From: Raillietiella orientalis
Taxonomy: Eukaryota
Direction: 5' to 3'
Length of the DNA stretch: 64,000 nucleotides
Assembly: GCA_036172245.1 (NCBI GenBank)
Contig: JAYWIR010000001.1
Coordinates: 5,394,001 to 5,458,000, forward strand
Shown here: one piece after another, positions 25,751 to 39,700 of the stretch
How positions within the stretch are numbered: position 1 is the stretch's first letter
How the letters are laid out: every line of letters begins with the position of its first letter
Made by a program: the position numbers and the translations under genes
Notes under the pieces: model-generated
The model's database searches: none
What the model saw: the letters and a program-made list of their open reading frames with translations, nothing else
What the model was told of the DNA's origin: nothing

Positions 25751-26419
25751 CTTCCTCGCACAGGCGCAGCGGAGGGAGATCACCGCGGCTGCAGTCTGCG
25801 TGCCTCGCTCCGCTGTGCCTGCGTCCCGAGCTCATATAGAACCGTGTGTACCGCAGTAAGCGGTCAACTCATCCGGCCTTCTCCCAGTATCCTCAATGGC
25901 ACCACGCGACCTTCTGGCTGGCCATGGCGGACCTCCGAAAACCAAAAGGGAGCGATCCTTTCTTGACGACGGGAAAGGGCACAGGTCGGCGGAAGCATCC
26001 CGGTACCGTGAAGCCTCGCCTGGCACGGGAGAGGACTTGTCCTCCGCCGAGCCAGCCCCGGCCGAGGCACCTCGAGGGACGGACGGCGACTCGCGGTACT
26101 CCCCGACCCGCCTCCAGCCTTTACGTTCCTCCCGCATCCCTCCATTCTGCCCCCCTTAGGCGTGGATCCACCCGATGCCCGGAGGCCGTAGCTTATGAGG
26201 AACCAGAACCGATGGCGACCCTAGCAGAAGGGGTCACGCTGTTCACACCGATCTCGTCCAGTTCTGGACTCGGACGGTTCATCTGCCCGTCGCTCCCCTC
26301 GCGTGCGCATCCGCAGATCTCTCGAAGCGCTGGATGCTCTTTGGACCGCCGTGCCTTCCCACTGATGAGATCCCAACCAAGAAACGCCGGCGAAGGCTGG
26401 AATGCGGCCTCTCCAGAGC

Positions 26420-28680
26420 TGGGGCAAACCCAGCCCATCCCGCCTCCCTCTCTGCTGGCTGTCTTTCAGAAAAGGCTGGGGATCTTGAAGAACCTCTCCC
26501 TTAGCTTCTCGTTTCACGTTGGGTATCCGTCCATATGTTTGTATCTCTCCCCCCTCCCCTCACTCCAAACAGCGAAAAAAACATTCCGGACGATCCCGGC
26601 GTACTTGAGCTTAGAGCAGAGCGTTCCCGAGAAGCTCTTCAGCCCATACCACCGCGGCTTCCTCTTCCGCTCGCGTTTCCCGCCCTTCTCCCCATTCCTG
26701 ATGAGCGGAGTCCCTGAATGTCACCTTCGAATTCCAAGTAAACACTTTTCTGGACCCACTGCCCTCCTCTCTCCTGAGATCAAGCAGCTTTTGAGGCTGC
26801 AATGGACCTCTTCACCTTTCGTATTGTTGCGTCACCTCAGCATCGCTGTCCGCTGAAGTTTTCCTTGGTGGCCTCCGCGTCCTCAGTCTTTTTCCCAAGC
26901 TCCTTCGGCTTTCTCTTTCAAGGGCTCTCCGAGAATCATTTCAAGGTTTCTGCAAAGACGGTGGAAGCACGAGAGCCGATCCAAGGAAAGGTGGAGTCAA
27001 TCTCATAGTCAGGAAAGTTCGACAGGAGGACGGAGACAGGAAGGCGGTCCGCTATCTTCCGCGGTGCCTCCTTTGAGAAACAAACAACCGGCATTTCCGG
27101 AAGCAAGGATGCGGATGTGGAAAGGAGGAAGAGGAGGAGGGAAGGAAGAGGAGGAGACAGAAAAAGCGAGGAGATGGAAAGGGAGAGGGGGAGATGGAAG
27201 GGAGCAAATACTGTTACTCTCTTCCTCTTTGCTCTCCTTCAGCAAGCAGTGTGCGTGACAGCACCGGTAAGACCGGAGGTTTCTGCCAGGCATTTCTACC
27301 AGGACTCTGATGCGCCTGCGTTCGGAGAGTTGCTTCCGCAGAAGTTGCGGAAGTTTCAGAGGAAATTTTCGGCCAGTCTGGATCCCAGGAAAAGCCAGCC
27401 CTAGGCATCAGGACCCCCGGATGTACTCTGCAAGAGATGGTGGTCGTCTTCGCCTTACGGCTGCCCTTTCGTTCAAAGACAAAGTTCAAGAACTTTCATG
27501 CGCGTCTTCCTTCCTTCTCTCCCCTGTGGTTCGCTCATCTCACCCAGTGGGCGGATCAGGTTCAGGAAGCAGGGACGGTGGGGCATGGAACTCCGTGATC
27601 TCTCCAGCTTCGAATGTCCCCGACGGCGCGTTCAGTTCCGAGAGGGCAGCATCTGTCCGGGTGCGACTAAAGGCCGTTTCCGGTCGGGGAAGCCGAGCTT
27701 CCCGATCATATTGCCGGGTTCACAAGCGCGACCTCGGAAGTGCCTGGCAGGGTGCGTGCCAAGTCACGGGAATGCACGGCAGGAGGGCAGGGCACTCGCA
27801 AAAGACCTGGCGAAGCTTCGCGTTCCGAATGTCAGAACGCCCGCTTCCTTCGCACGCCTCATGCTGGGCGGGGCTGACGTCCAGCCGTCGTCGCCTTCGC
27901 ATCGGTCCTCCACACCTCTGCGTGGACTCGCGGGATGGGCAGCACCCGGGCTTCGCATCGGTTCTGAACTCGAGATGGAGGAGAACTTCCTCTGTGGACG
28001 TCTGTCCATTCCAGTGCGCCGCGTTCCAGGACACACGCTTGCTCGCCCGGAATCCTTGATCAAGAGCCGCAGCGCTCCTACGGACCAGAAATGCTGCGCA
28101 CCTTTCTTTCGGATCTAGGAAGCGAAAAGGCTCCCGAGCTTCTCTGCTCGCTTCATGGCGAGGGAGTGACCACCAGGGATCGATCTGGGACACTCAATCA
28201 CCAAGAAATCTGCGAAATCCTGGGCATCGCTTCTCATCCCTCACTCTGGGAGACTTTTCTCCTGGATGTTTCACAAAGGAGAGCTCTCCCCACCTCTTTC
28301 CAGGAGATCCCGAAGCACGCGCTTCCTTGAACAACTGGCGACGCACGAGGAGGCGCTCCATCACTTCCCTCGGCTCCCTAGATGGGGGCAGCCACGAAGT
28401 GGTGTCTCACCTGCAAGGAGTTTCCAAGAAGATCGCCAGCGTTCACTAGCTCTCGGAGGAAGAGACTAGCTGGAACCAAAGACTCCTATCCCTACCCTCC
28501 CTTATTTATTTATTTTTTTACTTGATTTATTGTGCCTTCCCATCTCCCATCCCCGACTCCATAAGAAGTCGGTCTGCGAGCTGGTGATCATTCCCCGTGA
28601 ATTTCTTTCCGTTGCTGTTGTTGTATTTTAAGGAAGGCCATCCCTCCTGGACTGTGATTTATTTATTTTCAAATAAAAGT
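26420..28680 (+). mobile_element. Highly decayed non-LTR retrotransposon (LINE) RT ORF with 3' UTR
   Basis: Degenerate RT motifs in order: PIPPPSLLAVFQK (~RPISLL), KLFSPYHRGF (~LSPxQxGF), TALLSPEIK/AAFEA (~LDIxxAFD, ~26758-26800), LFLFALL, FYQDS (27294-27308, ~YADD), SLDPRKS (~INPxKS), LTAALSFKD and CPFQCAAFQDT (zinc-knuckle-like, ~28000). An AT-rich tail with AATAAA follows near 28672. A purine-rich insertion lies at ~26960-27200. Confidence 0.55.
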
Positions 28681-30313
28681 CCCGGTTTGACCGGATACAA
28701 ACTCTCAGCTCGGAGAGAGTCCGGGGAAAAAGACCGAGTCTCTTGGAACGAGGGCCTGGGGGACAGCGCAGCGCTCTCTCGCAAATCCCGGGAAGACCAT
28801 CAAAGGGTGGGTGGACCTACAGACATGCTGGGGCCCAGCCGAAATCCATCAGCCCTTTGCTTCATCCAAATAAGGATCTGAGGCTTCTTCCCAGCCCGGC
28901 CTGAGAGTCCCGCTAACCCCAGTTTGGCAGCCGGTAGAGAGCAGAGAAGAAGAAAGTCTCTGCTCTGGTCTTCGGCGAAGGCAGCGTTGGTGAGGAGGGA
29001 GGAGGAGGAACCTCGCAGCCTTTGCATCCCGAAGAGCAGCTGATGTGCTGAGCATGCGTGGTCCTGCGTAGGGGAAAAGCACCCGGAATGCTTCTCTCTT
29101 ACAAGAATCCATCCTAACGAGCCAGTGCTCTCCCCAGGAAGAACACTCTTCCTCTACTTCTCTTCCTCCTCTCCCTCCCTTCCTATTCCTCTTCGCTTCT
29201 TGTTCCTCTTCTCTTCCCCCTCCATCTCCTCTTTTCCTCCTCTCCTCTCTTCCTCTTCCTCCTGATCTCCGTTTACGGCGGCTCCGTCTTCCACCCCTCT
29301 GCGGCAACCTTTTCGCTATCTCTCGCAGTCTTCGCTGCTTCTTATCCCTCCTGCTGCTGCCAGCTCCCCCTTCGTGCGGGCACCTTCAGGCTCCTCCCTT
29401 CCTGGCTCCTTTGGTTCGCCTCCCTCGCTAGGGCGCACTACCATTCGTAAACCCTCCTCACCAACTCCTCCCCCTTCAGCGTGGGGAGTGGAGGCATAAA
29501 AGAAACTCCAATTTAGGAGAAGTTGAAGGCAGCTGCGACAGTGGCAGCGTAAGTGCGCATGCGCGCGGAGCCGGAGTCGCACTCAGCGGGCGAACTGGGC
29601 ACCTTGAGCAGCCGTTGTAGATCTTGTCTTGCTCACCAGCACCAGGAAAGACGAATCTCCTTCAGTGGCTCTCCCGAAAATGGCTGACTTGCTGCTCCGT
29701 CACCCTGGCAATGGAGCAGCGAGACCGTTTCAGGAACAACATCCGGGTCCTCTCGCAGGAGAGCGCCGCGAACGGTGGGGAAGGGAGGGGGTGGGGAGAA
29801 CATGAAAAAGCGAGAAGTATTCTTCCACAGGAGGCGCCGACCCACACGCAGCGACCCAATCGCAGCTGGCGGAACCCTCCGAGGAGCAACTCCTCCTCTC
29901 TGGTCGCCGTGGTGGTCCAGGAGGTTCGCAGCGGGGGCGGATCGGCTTCTTCGCGCTCTGTGGCTCTCGAAAGTACGAGCCATCTGGCGTGTGGAACAGC
30001 CCCGGTCACACCGCTCCCTTGCGGGCTTCTCCGGAATCCGGACGGATCGATAAGAAGGGGAGCATCGGACGCCCCAAGGCGACAACGACGAGCATCATCG
30101 CCTGTTGGCCTGACTGCGACCTCCGTCCGTCTGCCCACATCCTACACGGGGACCTCGTGGCTCTTCGGAGGGTGAGGGAGGTATCAGCCCACGGGATGCA
30201 GAGCAAAAAGGGGGCAGGAGAGGCTTGGAGTGGGGAGTAAGTAGTGGCGTTGGTGCCGAAAACCCAACTCTGAGTCTGATGCTTCTGGCTCCGGAAAGCC
30301 TGCCGGGAAGGAG

Positions 30314-30785
30314 ATGACGGTGGCGGTGGTGATAACGACTGCGGAAATGATGAAATGTGGTGACGACGCTGCTGGTGGTGATTGCGATGATGACGATGAT
30401 TTTGGTGATCGTGACCTTGGCAGAGATGACTGCTGTGGCAGCAAGCGTGATGGTGATCGTAGCCGTCACAATGGTGATGGTGGAGGTGACGATGAAACCG
30501 AGGAAACTGTGGTGGTACTGAGGAGGAGGAAGCATCTCTCTTACAAACATCCGTGCTTACGAGCTAGTGCTCCTTTCAGGAAGAACTCTCCTTCTTTTCC
30601 TCCTCCCTCCCTTTCTTTCCACGCCTTCCTTTCCTCCTCCTCTTCCTCTCTTCATCCTCTTCTTCCTCCCTTTCATCCCCTCTTTCTCTCTTCTTCCTTC
30701 TCCTCTATCCCTCCTTCCTTCCTTCCTTCCTCTTCTTTTCCCTCCTCCACCTCTTCTTCCTTCTTTCCTTCCTTTTCTTTTCCCA
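30314..30785 (+). repeat. Compound low-complexity region: degenerate (GAT/GGT/GAC)n followed by a CT-rich tract
   Basis: Trinucleotide-like repeat at 30314-30500 and a pyrimidine tract at 30590-30785. Confidence 0.85.
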
Positions 30786-33354
30786 TGAGGTGAAGGAGGG
30801 GAACCCCCACATAGTGGCTCGTTTCGTCGAAAGACCGGGAGACCCACCTTGCCCTTACCTGCCGATCTACGGTCCGTCTGCTCTCCCTGCCAGTTTCCAG
30901 AGGCAGCATCCGGTACGGCGCCGAGGAGCAGTGGCGCAGCCAGCTTGGTGGGTTGTGGGTTGCGGACCAGGGTGCGCGCTGGAGACGTCGTCGCCGACAG
31001 AGCGCAGGTCCTGCGTCCGCGCGGCGACTCCCTCCTGCCTTCCTTCGGTGGAGTGTGTGTGTGTGGGGGTCTCCTCCTTTCCTCAGGATTCTACGAGCTT
31101 GACAAACCAAGCCGCAGCGGCGTGGCGTGGAGTCGCGTGGACGGGCGACCCGCGGCGGCGCTTTGCTCTCACATCCGTCCGGACCGCCCGCGCGAACTTC
31201 ACGCATCGAAGTCATGTGACGGAGCAGTGCTCCGCGCGACGCCCACCTCTCGCTCGGAGCGGCCGTACCGGTCGGGAAAGGCGGCGCCTGCCCTCCGCAG
31301 GCCGCAACCACCAGGAGAGCAACACAGTCCGCACGTGAGCCTCGGGCGGTTCCGCTGGAGAACACTGCGCGCCTCCGGTGGACCGTGTGGCGACCGTCCG
31401 CCCGGAGAAGCGCCGGCCGCAGAGTGACGTCAGCAGTAAACGTGGCGACCCTCGCGTGCGGCGAGCTGTTTGACGTGCTCGCCCAGCCCGCGACGGAGGG
31501 GAGGAGAGGGCGGTTCCCCGTCCCGGAAGGCGCTGAGCGCATTGGGGAGAGGCCGAGTCGACCCTCCTCCTCCTCCCTCCGGAGCCGTCACGCGGGGCGA
31601 GCGCCAAATGAATTGCCGCTCCGTGAAGACTTCCGCCGCGGCGCACCTAATGAGATGCTGATTATAGGGCGCGCAGCCCAAGCCTGCGCGCGCGCGCGCC
31701 TTTCCCGGGACGCCCGCAGGCGTCCCGCGCGCCGTGGACTCCTGCCCGCCTCCTTCTGGAAGGTTCTGTCCCTCCTCCTCCACCTTACCCCTCCTCCCCG
31801 AGAGACGGTCTCCCGCTGCCAGAGGCACACACGTGCGTGCAAAGAGTAAGGCGGACACCGCTTTTCGACCTACGCACGGAGCTACAGAAGGCTCCCAGAA
31901 CCTTCCCGCCGCAGGGGCGGCTACTCGCCGGGACCTGGGAGGGCCGCCGACGCGATGGGGTCAGTGGCAGCGAACTCGTGCGAACCACCGGAAGGGTTCC
32001 ACGGCGAACGGGAGAGCCGATCGAGCCAGGATCGCTCCCCGCGGTGATCTTTGGAAGTTTGTGAGTTCGTCTGTCTGGCGCCCTGACGCGCGGATCGGGA
32101 ACCATGGCGCTTCGGCGCGAGAACCCGCTGCGCCCTCGCCGCACTCCCGTGGCGCCGCAGCTGCTTCGCTGCCAGAGGAGCGGCACTGTCCCTTCTCATC
32201 AGCGCGCCGCCACCTGCAACGCGGAGGCGACACGGGGCTGCGGCGTCCAGAGGGGTGGGATCGCGACGAGGAGGGAAGACCGATTCCCTTCATCCCCCCC
32301 GCTCGGCCTCCGCGGCCCCTGCCTTCTCTCTGCATGCCTCTGCGGCCTCTTCGGTCGCCTTTCCTCCTCGAGGGCACCTCCCGCTTCGCCCACCGCTGGG
32401 CCAGGGAGGACCCACACTTCGGGAGCAGTTAGCCACCCTTGCGACCCTTCCCTCGTCTCGTGCGCTCCCGGAAAGCCATCCCAGAGAGCAGAGCTCCCTC
32501 CCGCGCTTCCCTCTCTACCCCAGCGACCTCTGCGCCCCTTCCGGCCCTTTCCAGGCCCCGGAAAACGAGTGGCAGGAAAAGGAAAGGAAACGCGCGCTTT
32601 CCGGGCGGGCGGGAGCCACCGCTGAACTTCGGGAGAGCCATCTGGACGCGTTTCTTCGGCTTGCATCGTCATCCCCACCTCCCCCAAAGCGTCCTGGGAA
32701 TCTGGGCCGTTCCCTTGAGCCCTTCGGTGCTGCGGCAGCTTTTTATGCTGACGGATGCGACCTGTGACCTCAACAGTGCAGTCAGCTTCCCTGCCCCCTC
32801 GTCAGAGGCGAGCGGGCGCCCCATGGGGAGGACCGTTGCCAGAAGACACGCTCCGCACGCTGGAGACGCGCCAGAGGTCAGTGGCCGGCCCCTCTTCCCG
32901 AAGAGGTGCCGCGGGGTCGCCAGTCCTCCCACAGAGGTGGGTCGCACGCTCCCGTGCGATGGGACCACTCCGCTGCCTGGCCTGTCGGCTGTTCGAGGGA
33001 GCCGCTCCGCGATGGTCGGCAGAACTCCAGGCGACCACGGAGTGCGCCCCCGGTTCTCCGTGCTGTCGCGGTCCGTCCGGAAGAAGAACCCGGAAACGAA
33101 GGCCACGATTTCCCCTTCCTTTCTTCCTTCACAAGGTCTCAGGGAACCCCCGCCGAGGTCCCGTCGTGTGGATCGGCCGGTGTCCGTAGGATCCTTCGTC
33201 TCCCCCCAAGCATGCACGCACCCACGCACTCATGTATCGCTTACGCGCTGGGTGAGCGTGCTCGAGCGTGAGTGAGCCTTCGCGCTCCATCGCCCGCGCC
33301 GGCTTCCTGGCTAAACGCACGCAGTCGCGGCACGCCGGCTTCATCAGTGCCCGC

Positions 33355-34245
33355 GGCTCCTCACACGACGTGCTCTCGCACGGTGCACTCGCACGCGATG
33401 TGATCCTTCGCAAAGTGCTCTCACACTGTATACTCCTTAGCAGAGTGATTTCGCAAGGTCCACTCCTCCTTGACGATGCACTTTCGCACGGGGTATTCCT
33501 TGAGAAAGTGCTTTCCCACGGTGTACTTCTTGGCAAGGTGCACTCGCACGCAATGCGCTCCTTGGCAAGCTGCTTTCGTACGGTGTGCTCTTTAAGGATG
33601 CACTTTCACACGGTGTACTTCTTGAAGATGTGCTTTTTGCCACATAATGTGCTTTCACACATTGGACTCTTCAGCAATGTATTTTTCACGATTCACTTTC
33701 TCATGGTGTACTCTTTGGCAAAGTGCTTTATTTCGTACGGTGCACTCTTTAATGACGCACTTCCACATGGCGTACTTCTTGATGATGCGCTTTTCTTTCA
33801 CATGTGTTTTCACACATTGTGCTCTTTGGCATTGCACTTTTTACGGTGTATTCCCAGAGGCTATGTCACTTTTTGACGATGTGCTTTCAGCCAAAGCGGT
33901 TTCTGGTACTGGTGGTACTACACCTTGTACGCGCACCTGCTAACGTTCTTCCACACAGTGTGCTTCTGGTCGATGTTCTCTCACGTGATGTACTTCCGAG
34001 ACAATGTACTTTTCGGCGGTGCATTGTCTCACGGTGCGCTTTCACGCAACTGCTCCTCTGGGCACCTCGCTTCCGTGGTGTGTCCTAGCAATGCGCTTTC
34101 ATACGAAGTGGTCTCCCCCTTATCGAATCCATGCCTGAGCAGTGCGCTCTCCCTCTATGCGGTCTCATACAATGTACTCTCTGATTATGTACTCTTTAAT
34201 AACTCCTCTTGGATTGTGTGTGTTCCCCGACAATGCTCTCTTTAA
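33355..34245. repeat. Degenerate minisatellite with 15/30-bp period (consensus ~GTGCTTTCACACGGT/GTACTTCTTGACGAT)
   Basis: Recurrent GTGCTYTCRCAYGG units. The + frame reads as pentapeptide-like repeats VLSHG-ALARD-VILRK-VLSHC..ALSHG-VFLEK-VLSHG-VLLGK, with frameshifts. Confidence 0.8.
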
Positions 34246-36762
34246 CGCTCCACTTGAAAAGAAATCTTGAAGATGAAGCCTCAACCATGAAAGTCAAGTG
34301 CTCCTAATGGCTGCTCGTTGCTGCAGGCTCATGAAGGTACCCATAAACGAACTCGTGAATACAAAGGTCCCATGGCATTCCACTCCTCTGTGCAGAGTTG
34401 CGTGTACATCACGCTGTACAGTGAGCGCGCGCATCGGCTTAAGAATGAGGTGCCGCAGGTGTGTTTTGTGTTTCCTTGCGGGTGTTTTCTGCCACCCCTT
34501 CCGAGAGTCCTTGCTCGTTTATTTATTTATTTATTTACCTTCTTTTTTTCCTTGCGTTGTTTTGTTTTTGCTCCTATGAGATCGCGACCGCCATCGCTCG
34601 CGCCAGCATGGAGTCACGTATTCCTCCGTTTCCTCGTGAGCATCGCCGCTCTGGATGGCGTGCCCCGCGTCTCCTTGGAGAACTTCTTGATCCAAATGAT
34701 TTGCTTTCGTGAGAGCTCCGTTACCATCTCGTTGCGCACCGGAGTGGTCTGTGATTCGCCGCTCCGCGCACCGCCGTTTCTTCCACTGCTCCGCGCCGGT
34801 CTCTCCCAGCCGACGTCTTTTCATCTGGCCCGGAGTGGAATTCGATCCTCAGCCGTTTTACGTCAGGTGACAGCAGTGGTCTTCCTCTCTTTCTTTTTCG
34901 TTCTCCCCCCCCCCCTTCCTTCCTTCCTTCCTTTCTTTCTTTATTCTTCTTCTTCGCTTTTCTTTTTTTTTTTTTGTTTTGTTTTTGGACTGCCGCGGCT
35001 CGGGTGCGTTTCGTTGGAGGACAACGCTGGCCAGCGGACGGTGCGTTTCTCGCGAGACCAAGTGCGTGCGTTCCAGCGGAACCAGATGAGCGTGGGCGGG
35101 CGCACGCGCACGCGAGAGAAGATCGGTGCGAGGCAGCACGCAAGAGCAGCCAGCAGACGTTCCCTCGGGCTTCCGCCCGTGATGCAGGCAGGAAGCGAGG
35201 AAAGTGTGGATCCCCGGAACGGAGAGGAAGGGGAGGACCCTCGTTCCTGGGAGCGCGCGCACCCACTCGCTGGAGGGCAGCCGCGTCGCGGGCTTGGCCG
35301 CGCATCGGGTACCAGCGGAACCATCATCGCCGTCGTCGTCTGCGGGTCAGGAAAGTGCCTGAGGGCACGCGTCGCCGCTGGAGCGCTCAGCGCAGTCCAG
35401 GAGGGGGACCTGAGGGTCTCGGCAAACCGGAGGTGCCCGGCAGGGAACTTTCGGCGTACGCAGGGAACATCTGGCCTCCTTTCCGGTCCGTCGGCATGGA
35501 GGTGAGGCAGGGAGCAGGACCGCTTCCTCCCGCGCGCTTCCCGATCGCCAGCTCTTTCCTCCGGAAACGACGGCCTCTTCCTGCCCCCTCTCCCGAAGAG
35601 GCGCAGGTGACGGGGACGAGCCCCGGTAGCGCGAGGCGCTCCCCTCTTCGGTTTCAGGGGGAAGATCGGTGGGGGAGCTACTCCCGACGGTCGCCCGGCA
35701 ACGGGAAGGCGTCCGGAAAAACGTGGGAAGGAAAACCTCGATCCGGTCCCGAACCATTCTCCCGAGGAAGAAAGGGGTGGGAAGGAGTGCGAGGAGCAGC
35801 GTGCTCCCGTGGGAGACGGGGAAAGGAGGAGGACGGGGAGGAAGGAGCTGGCGACAGTGGCGCACCCCGTGCGTCGCTCTGTTTCCGGGGCTCCTCCCGA
35901 GAGACGAAGGGAGCCACGCTGGCACCTTCCAGAGAGGGATTTCGACTGAGGACCGGCGAAGATGGAATCCGGTTGCCACGGCCGACGGATTACCGGCGCA
36001 CCCTCGGCGCCACTCGTTGCCAGTGAGGCGGCGGAGCGCCTCCACCTCCTCCCACGCACGCAGAGGTGGGTGACGGCTGGTGGTAGTGGAAGGAGGAGCG
36101 CAGAGGAAAAGGAAGGGGAGGAGGACCGTTCCCTGCCTTCCGCGGGGACGAAGGGCGCCTGCTCACCGCTGCCGCCGCCCGCCCACAGAGATGGGCGGCG
36201 ACTCGTTTCCCCCCTCCCCCCCCCCTCTGCCGAAGACCGTCGGTCCTTGCCGGCGCCGACGCATCCCCACCCACGTCTGTGTGTCACCCGGGGCTCTCCG
36301 ATCAGGCTTCCCCCCCGCATCGAGCGGAGATCTCCGTGGCGCTCCCACGATGCCCACGGGCGAACGCGCCCAGTGGCACCCGCCTCCGCATCACCGGCGC
36401 CCAGGTCTCAGACTCATCGCGTGACTGTGCCGCCCATCTTCCAGAGGGGACGCCTCGGGCTCGTGTGGTTCTGCGCCATCGAGAAAAAAAAGCAGAAGGA
36501 AAAAAAGAGGACGTGAGCGCCGTCCCCCGCAGCTGCTGGAGTCACCACATTCCTCCTCATCTTATTCACTTGCCTCTCACCTCCCTATGCATCCCCCGCC
36601 CCCTTCCAGACTGGAAATCCATTCTTCCTCACCTCCCGCTTCTCCGCTTGCTCTCGTTCCACTCCTCGCCCATCTCAATCCACCCACCCCTTCGCAGTTC
36701 TTGCTGGCGACGCTGCTCCAGCACCATCTCGCGGATGCGCTGCGAAAAATGCGTCGAGCGCC

Positions 36763-39700
36763 TCCGTTGCTTTCTCGCTCCACCGCTAGGAGGGCGCACG
36801 CAGCGTCCTCCTTCTCTCCTCTTCCCGCCCCCTCTCTTCCTGCCCCGGCTGCTGTCCCTCAGGGAGAGGAGGAAGGAGGGATCAACGTGGAGCAGCAGCT
36901 GCAGCATCTTCCCACTGCCTCCTCTCCAGCGACTCCTGGAGCGAGGGGAAGCATTTGGAAGATGCTGCTACTGCAGCTGCTGCTCTACGCTGCGCCTTCT
37001 CTTGCAGCGACGGCTGTGGCTCAGGATCGATGTGCCTCGCCAGCATTCTCCCCATCTTTCTGGTTCCCCCCCTCACTGTTCCTCTTCCCTTCTCCTCCTT
37101 CCCTTCCCTCTCCTCCTCCTCCTCATTTCCCGAGAAGAGCGACCGCGGCGGATGCTGGATGATCTGCAGCCCGTCCCACCCAGAAGCCACCAGACGGAGG
37201 CAGACCGCGTCTGGGATTTCGTCTCTGCCCCCCACCTCCATCCCCCGCTCCTCACAGGGAGACTACATCCTCCCCCGCGCGTCTGCTGGCAACGCGCCAC
37301 CGGATCGACCTCCGATTGGGCGTGCCCTCCACCGGCAGTGCTGCCGGGAGAATTTCCAATGGAATTGGGGCAGAAATCCTCTCTGAGGGATCGGTGTCCG
37401 GGGCGACACGGAAGTTCCCTGAAATCCCGATGAAGGGGCCGGGTTGTGGAGAGCTTCCGGGAGGCAAAACGGCGGGAAGAGGAGGACAAAGGAGAGCGGC
37501 GGAGGAGGCGGATCCGTTCCCGTTCCTTCCCCGACCCACCTCTAGACGAGGTCGGAAGAACCAGCGAGGCCTCGGCTGCAGCAACGCGCTTCTCTCTCCT
37601 CCTCGCCTTCCCTGAGGGCGTGTCGGTCCTCCCTTCTCCCTGCTGCTAATTCGATTCTCCCGAGAGGGACCCCTCCCGGAAAAGAAAAAAAAAAGCCTCG
37701 TCCCGGAGGGGGGAAGCGAACAAGGTACTTGTCTCCCTCCTCTCCTCTTCCCCTCTTCTCGCCCTCCCCCCTCTTCGCCCACACGGTTTCATGGGGCCGA
37801 GAGCGAGGCCTCCGTGAGTCCCTGCCTCTCCATCCTCCCTCCCCCTGCCGCCATTGGGAAGGAAAGCGCCCGCTCCCGAGGGTCTCCAGCAGGGTAACGA
37901 AGGAGGGTGCTCTTGCCTACGCGCGCACGCGGGCGCATTCAGCGGAGTGGCGACGGCCCTCCCTCTGAGGGCGCCACACCGTCGCGAGCAGCTCGTGCGG
38001 CTGGGAAGTCGTTCCCTCACGGAACGAGGCGCTTCTCCCACTCCCCGCTTTGTACCCAGAGAGCGCCCCCCCCCCCCCCCCATCGTCTCGAATGGGGCAC
38101 AGGCGCGCGCTCTCGCAAGAGGTGGCGCGAGCGCGTGGAGAGTTCCGCCGTCCCGCGGCATCCCGAACGTCTTGCAGGCTCGAAGGCCTTTCCCTGCTTT
38201 TTTGCCCACAGCAGGAAGAAGGCACTTTCCGGAAGCGAGAAAGGTTGGTACGGCTGAGAGGCGGTCCTCAGCGGCGCTCCAGGGCTCTCCGGAATCTTCC
38301 CCCCCTGGCCGTCCTCAGACGCTCCTCGAAACTCCGCCGTCTTTGATTTCCAAACGCATCTTTCCCGTTTTATCGCTGCCAACATCGCTGATCGTGCGGT
38401 CGGAAGTTGGCAACCCTGCTGCTTCACGCGGGCTATTGTTGAGGTTCTTTATGCTTCGCGTTTTTATCTTTTTTTTTTCCTCTCTTCCTTTTTTGTTGTT
38501 TATCGCCTCTCGTCTGCGTACCGTGGAGCCCCCCGCTCGATCCCTGATAAACAAGTGGAAACGGCAAGTTGTCTCGCACACGTGAAAAAAAAAAAAAAAT
38601 TCTTCTTACCCGCACCAGTGCCTCCAGCTCCCGAAGGTTATCGAAAGATAAGATTGTGTTTCGAACCCCTCCGAAAACTCAGCGGAACAATTTCCTTAAA
38701 AATAGAACCGTCCATTGGCTATATGCAACGCATTCTGGGAAATTATGAAATCGCTCAGAATGACCACTTTCATCGGACTGAACATCAGGTGAGTTTTTCG
38801 TAGAAGCCAAAAAAAAAAAAAAAGAGAGAGAGAGAGAAGAAGGGAGGGAGGGAGGGAGACGCATCTCTCGATTTTCATTTCTGAATGTGGGATCCGTTCG
38901 TTCTTGTCACACATGAAGGCATGCTGCTGCTAACGTGCACATTTTGCTTCGAAATGAAAATGTTTGCGTAATGGCGGCGACCTCCCTTAGGCCTCATTTC
39001 GTGTTTCATTGTTGCGGAGCGCGTCACCTTGAGGCTGATATCTTTTTCTCACGTCCCGTTTTTTTTTACTATTATTGCTACCATAATTACTATATTATGA
39101 TTATCATCTTGATCTACTTATCGTCCATGCGTGCTCTGTTTCATATTTGTCAAAATATAAAGATACGCACACGCACGCATGCACGCACGCACGCACATGT
39201 GCAGCAGCCTCTCTACAGTTTGTGTTGTTTGCTTCTGTGTGTTCTTCACGTGGGTCGAGGCACGCACCTTCAGCAGTTTCTCTTTTCCGCTGCCTTTTTG
39301 CCACCATCATCTGCTGAATGCCATTCCATTAGAATGCAGGGCGAGGCGAGGAGCAATCCGCTGCTCTCACCTCTCTCAGTCGCGACAGCTTGTGAGCTCG
39401 GCTTGCGCGGGAGGCAGGGGGGGGCCTCTGGAGACGAGGGGGCCCCGCTGCCGTGGAGACGGACGCTGTTCCTCCCTCCGACGGGGTCGCCAGTCTTGTC
39501 CTCCGGAAAAATGGCGACGCTCGCGAGCTTTTTCGTGCGGTTACATCCAGCTGCAATCATTTTTTTTTTTTTTTTTTCTGGTTTTTCCTTCTTCCGCATC
39601 GAAGGAAAACTCCTCTCACGAGATCCGTTTCGGGGGCCAACGCGCGTAAAAGACTTCCTCGCTCCCTCCCTCCTATTATCTCTGGCGGAGCTTCCGGGCA

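Noticed and set aside
26360-26395. CTGATGA..GAAA hammerhead-like cores (also 1962, 51272, 53345)
   Set aside because: Stem II and stems I/III cannot be formed properly in any instance.
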